This document shows, one piece after another, positions 57,502-64,000 of a DNA stretch of 64,000 nucleotides (position 1 is its first letter; each line of letters opens with the position of its first letter). A program made the translations under genes and the position numbers. Below the pieces are notes generated by a model, which saw nothing but the letters and a program-made list of their open reading frames with translations, made no database searches and was not told the origin of the DNA. Source of the stretch: Utricularia gibba (taxonomy: Eukaryota; Plantae; Magnoliophyta); NCBI GenBank assembly GCA_002189035.1, contig CM007991.1:4340001-4404000 (forward strand), read 5' to 3'.

Positions 57502-60298
57502 ATGGCCGCTGGTAGGCACGGAGGCTACAAAGATAGGCAGGCAGAACTTGCCATGTCAAAGAAGGAATCAGGCTATTCGGAAGGAGAGTATGATCAAATC
57601 TGGAAGCTGGGACGGGAGAATGGCGGGGGTCGTAACGGGAGTTTAGACCAACTTGATAACATGAACAAGCTGAGACAGACGGAATTTAGAGAGAGGGAGG
57701 TGGTAAATGGTACATGCCTATCTGATTCGAGCCTCATCCACTCAGGGACTGGTGTTGTGCCAAGAAGGTGTAGTGTGAATATGACTTCCAGTGATCGGGA
57801 GCCTGGTGAGTTGTCTAGTGATGGATCTGATGGTTCCGAAACTCATCAGGAAATTGAAAAAATGTCACAGAACGAGAATCAATCTGCTCCTTCGAATAAA
57901 AAGAGGAAGTTTTCACCAATTGTTTGGGATCGTGATGACAGGGGAGCAAGAAAAACTTCCAGCAGTAGGAATGCGGTCGGAAATGTCGTTTCACTTTCCA
58001 AACCTCTACCTGAGCTTAACTCCAACAGTATTTCAGACACTACAACAAAATCTTCTTTTACTGATCAATTAGAGGCTGATTCATCCAAGGCATCACCTTC
58101 TAAAGTTGATCCCTTAGCTTACTCTGCATCATCACCAGTTCTTGAAGAAGATCCTGGGGCACAATTGATTTATGATGATGAAGACATGCCAGCTCGTACA
58201 ATAACATCATCTCGCTGGGCGAATGATGCGGACTCCCCAGCTGATGAAGGTGAGATTTATGATTATGCTGATAGGAAAAGGGTGAAGAGCAAGTCTATAT
58301 CTGGGTCAGCTGAACGTCGAAAATCAGCGACCCCTGAGCTTGATGAGCTCAAAAGAGAGGGTTCTGAAGGTCTTAGAGGAAGGTATGGGTTCTCTGATGA
58401 ACACATTAGGTCTTCCATCAGAGACAGCTACCATGCCACTGATGACAAGTTTTCATACATGGATATTGATGAAAAAAATGATGGCATTGATCATGTACCA
58501 TATGAATCAAGATCTGAGGATGATCTTGGTTCACGTGGCACACCAGAGCCCATCCACATCCCACAGAGAAGCTTCAATATGCTTCAGGGTTGTAGAAGTG
58601 TTGATGAGTTCGAGCGGCTCAATAAGATAGATGAAGGAACTTATGGTGTTGTATTTAGAGCCAAGGATAAGAAGACTGGAGAAATTGTTGCATTGAAGAA
58701 GGTGAAGATGGAAAAAGAGCGAGAAGGATTTCCTTTAACTGCTCTACGTGAAATAAATATCCTCTTGTCATTGCATCACCCGTCTATTGTAGATGTGAAG
58801 GAAGTTGTGGTCGGAAGCAATCTGGATAGTATATTTATGGTCATGGAGTACATGGAGCATGATCTAAAAGGTTTGATGGAGACAATGAAGCAGCCATATA
58901 GCCAAAGTGAAGTTAAGTGTCTTATGCTTCAGCTGTTAGAGGGTATCAAGTATCTCCATGATAACTGGGTCCTGCACCGTGATTTGAAGACATCAAATCT
59001 GCTCTTAAATAACCGAGGTGAATTAAAAATTTGTGATTTTGGTCTTGCTAGACAGTACGGGAGCCCATTAAAACCTTACACTCAATTGGTCGTTACTCTG
59101 TGGTACAGGTTTGCATTTCTGACTAGTCATCTTCGTTCTTGGCTATTTTCGCTCATTTTTTTTCTGTTATTGAAAATGATATTTTTCTTGTTCAAACTTG
59201 AAATAAAGTGAACTTAAAACTCCATTCGACATATATTATGCTGGTTGAATTCTTCTTGTCATGCTGTCTTTTTTATTCATGCAATTGAAGTGAACTAATG
59301 CTAATTTTCCAGAGCGCCAGAGCTACTTTTGGGTGCCAAAAAATATTCTACTGCAATTGATATGTGGTCATTAGGGTGCATTATGGCTGAATTATTGTCC
59401 AAGGAGCCTCTATTCAATGGGAAGACTGAAAGTGAACAGCTTGACAAGGTGAGTTTTTGTTTATTCTGTGATCAAAGTAAGTCATTCTTTATTTCCGTGG
59501 ATATTTGAATGCGAGTGAATATTTGGAGTGATATCTTTCATGGTGGAAAAATTCTGCAGATATTCAGGATTCTGGGCACTCCGAACGTAGAAATCTGGCC
59601 AGGGCTATCTGATCTTCCTAGATCCAAGTTAAAGTTTGTTAAGCACAAGTAAGTTTTTTATCCATCTTCTCACTTTTGTTCATTCACCGGAAAATTTATT
59701 CTACCTTGTTCTTGTCCATGTTCCCAGGCATCCAGTTTGGTGACACTGGTTTGTTTTTCTTGGTGCGGTTGCCTGCATTGTGAGTTGGATAAAGCATCTT
59801 GTTTCTTCTGACATTTGGCATATTATTTCAGGTTCAACATGTTGCGTAAAAAATTTCCAGCTACATCTTTTACTGGGTCGCCTCTTCTTTCAGCAGCTGG
59901 TTTTGATCTTTTGAGCAGGCTTCTGACATATGATCCTGAGAAGGTACTCCATTTTCCCCATTCTCACCACCTTGCTGCTTGCTAAAACTTTTTAAATGGG
60001 CCAATGCAGCGTATAACTGCTGATGAGGCTTTGAGACATGAATGGTTTCGTGAAGTTCCACTGCCGAAGTCTAAGGATTTTATGCCTACTTTTCCTGCAC
60101 AGCATGCCCAAGACAGGTGTTCTCCAAGTTCATTAAAGATATTGTTTTTAATGAAACATTACATTGATAATTTATTAAGTGTTCATTTACGCTGATATCA
60201 GGCGCATGAGAAGAATACTGAAGAGTCCTGATCCACTACAAGAACAGAGAAGAAAGGAGTTACAAGGAGAGTTGAGCACTGGCTTATTTTTTCAGTAG
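57502..60298 (+). CDS. CDKG2: Cyclin-dependent kinase G-2-like (CDK11-related)
   Basis: Exons 57502-59108, 59313-59448, 59560-59648, 59832-59943, 60010-60116 and 60202-60298. Long R/S/D-rich N-terminus; kinase motifs [29 protein letters not shown] and VVTLWYRAPELL; C-terminus [13 protein letters not shown]. Confidence 0.95.
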
Positions 60299-63033
60299 TT
60301 TTCTCTGCGTATAACAAAATGATAAGGAAATGATATGGATCGGTGGAGGTATGACAAGGTGTAGCCCAAAAATCATAAATGAGGCCATAAGCTGTGCTTT
60401 TTATCTGTCAATTCATATCTGATGAATTAGGAAAAGTTTGTGGTTCGCACTTGGCAACTGGTTTTGGGCAGGAAGGCAGACCTTACAGGCCTTTGCTTAA
60501 GTAGTGGATGCATCTTTAATGCCATGTGCAGAAAAGGTGTGGGTGTGAAGATTATTTTTTTCCTGGTTAATCTCATGTGTACCATACTTTACATTGGTCC
60601 TGTAAACATTTCTTCAAATGCTAACTTGCAGTTGCAGAACACCTTGCCCCGTGTTTTAGTTTTTTTGCTCTGAAATTTAAATTCTATAGTCCTTGTAAGA
60701 TATGATGTTTAGTCGAGACTTTCTCTGCCTTGTGTTCATTGAGAATTTAAAAAAATCGTGCATTATGGTTGTAAATTCTTAATTTGATTGATGGATGTGG
60801 TGATGATCAGGAGATATAGTGGTCTGTGCTCTAGAGTCTGTATGTTATCATCTTTTAATCATGTCTTTTCGAAACTGCATGCCCTGGGCAGCATCAATTA
60901 TGTTTCAAATCCTTGTCTTGCATACGTTCCATGGACATGGATCTCAATTTGCCTTAAAAATGTTGTACTTGTTCCAAGTGTTGATTCCATAATTCTTTAC
61001 TCCATCTTTCACAAATCTGTAGGGTGTTTATGGTAAGTTTTTGATAAGCTGAAATTCATCTAACAAGTTTTTTTTTTTTTTTTTTTTTTTGGTGACCATA
61101 TTGAGTATCAATAACAGTGCATCGTTATGACATTGATTTGAAATATCACTGCAGTACCCCAGGCATTTTGTGAAGCATATCTGGGCTTATATAAAATTCC
61201 AAATTGTTTCCCATTCGGTCAGCATGTTTATCCTTGAAGCTTCAGAGGTACCTTGTGACCTTTGTTTTACGCATTCATGGAGAATTGGATTCTATTATTC
61301 ATTTTTGCATAATAGATGCGTTGATGAGGGATTGCATCTGCCCAGGGTTTTGCAATGTCCAGGTGATCAGGTAAAGCTTAATATATGATGTGAGCTCTTG
61401 TGGTGGTAGACTGAAAACAGTTCACTTGATGAAGTTTGGCTACGTAGGCGTCATTGAATTACCTCTTCATTGCTAGGTGTAGCACCTCGTATGTTGCCCA
61501 GATGATGAATACCAGGTGTTCGTCGTCTTGTGTAAGACTTGATGGTGTTTTTTGCCTCTTCACATTTCAACATGATAAAATAATGAGTATTCACCAAATT
61601 GCACTTCGTTGGTCTGGAAGTTGTGGCAGATCCATCGTCGTTTGAGTGGGTTTCTGCAAAGAGAGCTGCATCAAGTTTGATCAGGAGGTTGTCTGTTGGT
61701 AGTGGCGATAGTGTCATTTGTCTTTTCTCCCCCGCTTCTGCCCCCTACTGCTCCTATTCTGTGGTTGGGCTTGGTTTATATTGGTTAAAGTGGGTGACCT
61801 GCGAACAGAAGTTATTTTGAAAACTGCACCACGGAGCTGCAAAGTTGGAGTGAGAACTGAGGCTGTTTTCTAGGTTGTGAATGGATCAGAGTAGGTATTT
61901 TGGAAAACTTGCTTGTTGAGATTCTCCTGTCCACTTCTCCAGTTCCATGAGACCAGAGTGATTTAACGACTCGACAAAGAGTTTCTGATGCTCTTTCTTC
62001 TTGCCGTGAATGCCGTGCGGCTGCCATTTCAGGTACTCGGAGCTTCAGCAGCAATGGGAGGCAGTTGTTCTCCATCGGCACCGAGTAAAATTGCCCTCTC
62101 CATATGTAGTTTGATGCTTGTTTTGCGTATTGTGATTGCTTCTAGGGAATCACTATTTTCTTCTATGGCCTCCAATGCCCTGGACTCGTTGATCCCCGTG
62201 TTGCCGAAGCATCACGTCTGAACAAGGTAATGAATAGCAACCAAGTGGGAGGGTAGTGTGCCCCGCCGGATTCCTCCTGGTGGCAGGTTTATGATGTCCA
62301 CCGGCGCGCCGTATAAGAAGGTCCAATCACCATGACCTTGCGATGGTTTATTGTTTAAATGATTTTTTGTTTTAGCACAAACACTCTATCCTTAGTAATC
62401 GTCGCCATACAAGTCTTTGAATCGGTCCTCCGAGCCCTTCGCGATTTTGCCGATCTCTGCCACTTGATTATGGAGTTGTTGATTTGACGTTCCAACTCCA
62501 ACGCCAATTCCCATTGCAATTCTATTTCTTCTCTGTTGCCATTGAGCATTTCCTCTTTGATAGCTGTCCTCCAAAATCAGCCACAGAATGTTGGGGCAGT
62601 ATAATAAGTTACCACGGTTTTGTATAATCCGTGATGTGAACGCGGATGGGTGCTTTGTGGAGGGACGTCTACCTCTTTAGCCCGCTCCCACCGACGCTTC
62701 ATGATTTCGTTCAGTTGGGTCAATTTTATTAGTTGGCAACAGGTGGGTGCCAATAGAGGATCAGTTGTCGATCCAGTGGGATGGTATAAATCTCCATTTA
62801 CACTCGGATTCTGAGAGAAAGTTTTCACCTTTGTTGAATTGCAATCCCACTTTTTTTTTGTCTTGTTGGTTGTTTCTTCACAGCCAGATTCGGAGGCCCT
62901 GTCAAGGTATTGAGGGGTGGGGGTCGATTGATTCCCATTTCCAGTGCTCGGGCTTTGATTATTTGCCTATGGATGCCTGATCACTGATGCTTTTGTTTGT
63001 GTTTCCAGCTTCTAATATCTCGCTCGTTAACCA

Positions 63034-64000
63034 ATGGTTCTTGGGTTAAAGTTGAAGCACAGGAAAGGTGCTAATGTTAAACTTGATTACATTGTCCATG
63101 TACAAGACATCAGGCCATGGCCCCCATCAGATTCCTTGAGATCAGTACAAAATGTTCTGTTGCAATGGGAAAACCGCGATAAAAATTCCGGGTCCTTTCT
63201 CTCCGCTGTTGATGATTACAGTATCGGGTTTAATGAGTCATTTGTGCTGCCTTTGTCTCTCAAGCGAGAGAAGAATGATAAATTCCTAAAGAATCATTTG
63301 GAATTTACTTTGTTCGAGTCTCGTAAGGATAAGGGTGAAGGACGACTCTTGGGAACATGTGTGATAAATCTCGTGGATCATGTCTCGTTGGACGAGATTG
63401 TGACCGTAAATGCTCCCATCAAGTTGAAGAAGAACTTTAATGGTTCACTGCAGCCTGCTTTGTCCATTACCCTAGAGCCTGTTAGAGATTGCCGTGACCC
63501 TTCAACCAGCGCTACCTTGTCAAGACAAGCATCTTTGGACAAGGAGGATACTGAGTTTGCCTCCTTTACAGATGAAGATGCATCTTCCCATTCCTCACGA
63601 AGGTCGCCGACGGTCGATTACGCATTGAGTTCATCTCCTCTCACCGAGAAGGTATGCTTTTTTATTATGTAATGACATGATGCTAGTACATTTCGAAGAA
63701 CCATTGCCTACATGTTTTTTTTCTCAAGTTGATTTCCCTCCCCTATGAATGAATACCTTTGTGGTGTAATAATTTGCAGTTGGAATGCAGAATGTTCATG
63801 GGAATACCAGAACGGGTCCATTTGATGGACTAAACAGGAAAATGATGTCTCCAGTTGCTGATACATCGGAAGGTACTGGGAAGGAGGGAACAAAGAGCCA
63901 TATTTCGCCATCTAATCTATCTGAAAGAAGCATGCGCTTTGTCCAGAGGAACTCTGTTGGTTCCTCACTCGGATCTTCTTACGCATCAATGAGCTCTCGG
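63034..64000 (+). CDS. NT-type C2 (EEIG1/EHBP1 N-terminal) domain protein, 5' part only
   Basis: MVLGLKLKHRKGANVKLDYIVHVQDIRPWPPSDSLRSVQNVLLQWEN...LEFTLFE...LLGTCVINL. Exon 63034-63651, next exon from about 63791 and open to the window end. Confidence 0.88.

Overview
Plant (eudicot-like) nuclear genomic DNA with short introns (mostly 66-240 nt). There are 12 recognisable protein-coding genes: chloroplastic alkenal/one oxidoreductase (-), a small single-TM protein (+), DUF1645 (+), ARF1 (-), GH28 polygalacturonase (-), an NHL/LEA_2 protein (+), proteasome beta-2 subunit PBB (-), an AIRP2-like RING E3 (-), cytosolic GAPDH (+), an ankyrin-repeat protein (+), a CDKG2-like kinase (+) and an NT-C2 protein that runs off the window end. 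A decayed Athila-type Ty3/gypsy complex (about 12.5-25.6 kb, minus strand) has a tRNA-Asp PBS, two copies of its accessory ORF and two LTRs that only partly match. Beside it lies an FCP1/NIF-like phosphatase pseudogene. A structurally complete but decayed 4,986-bp Ty1/copia element (47,899-52,884) has 194-bp LTRs, a CAATG TSD and, unusually, a perfect 18-nt PBS for tRNA-Phe instead of tRNA-iMet. Four otherwise intact host genes carry five frameshifts, each repaired by adding one base to a G/C homopolymer, which points to assembly error rather than pseudogenisation. ARF1 needs a GC-AG intron to reach its 6-nt last coding exon. All calls come from manual reading and translation plus recalled family motifs; no searches were run.
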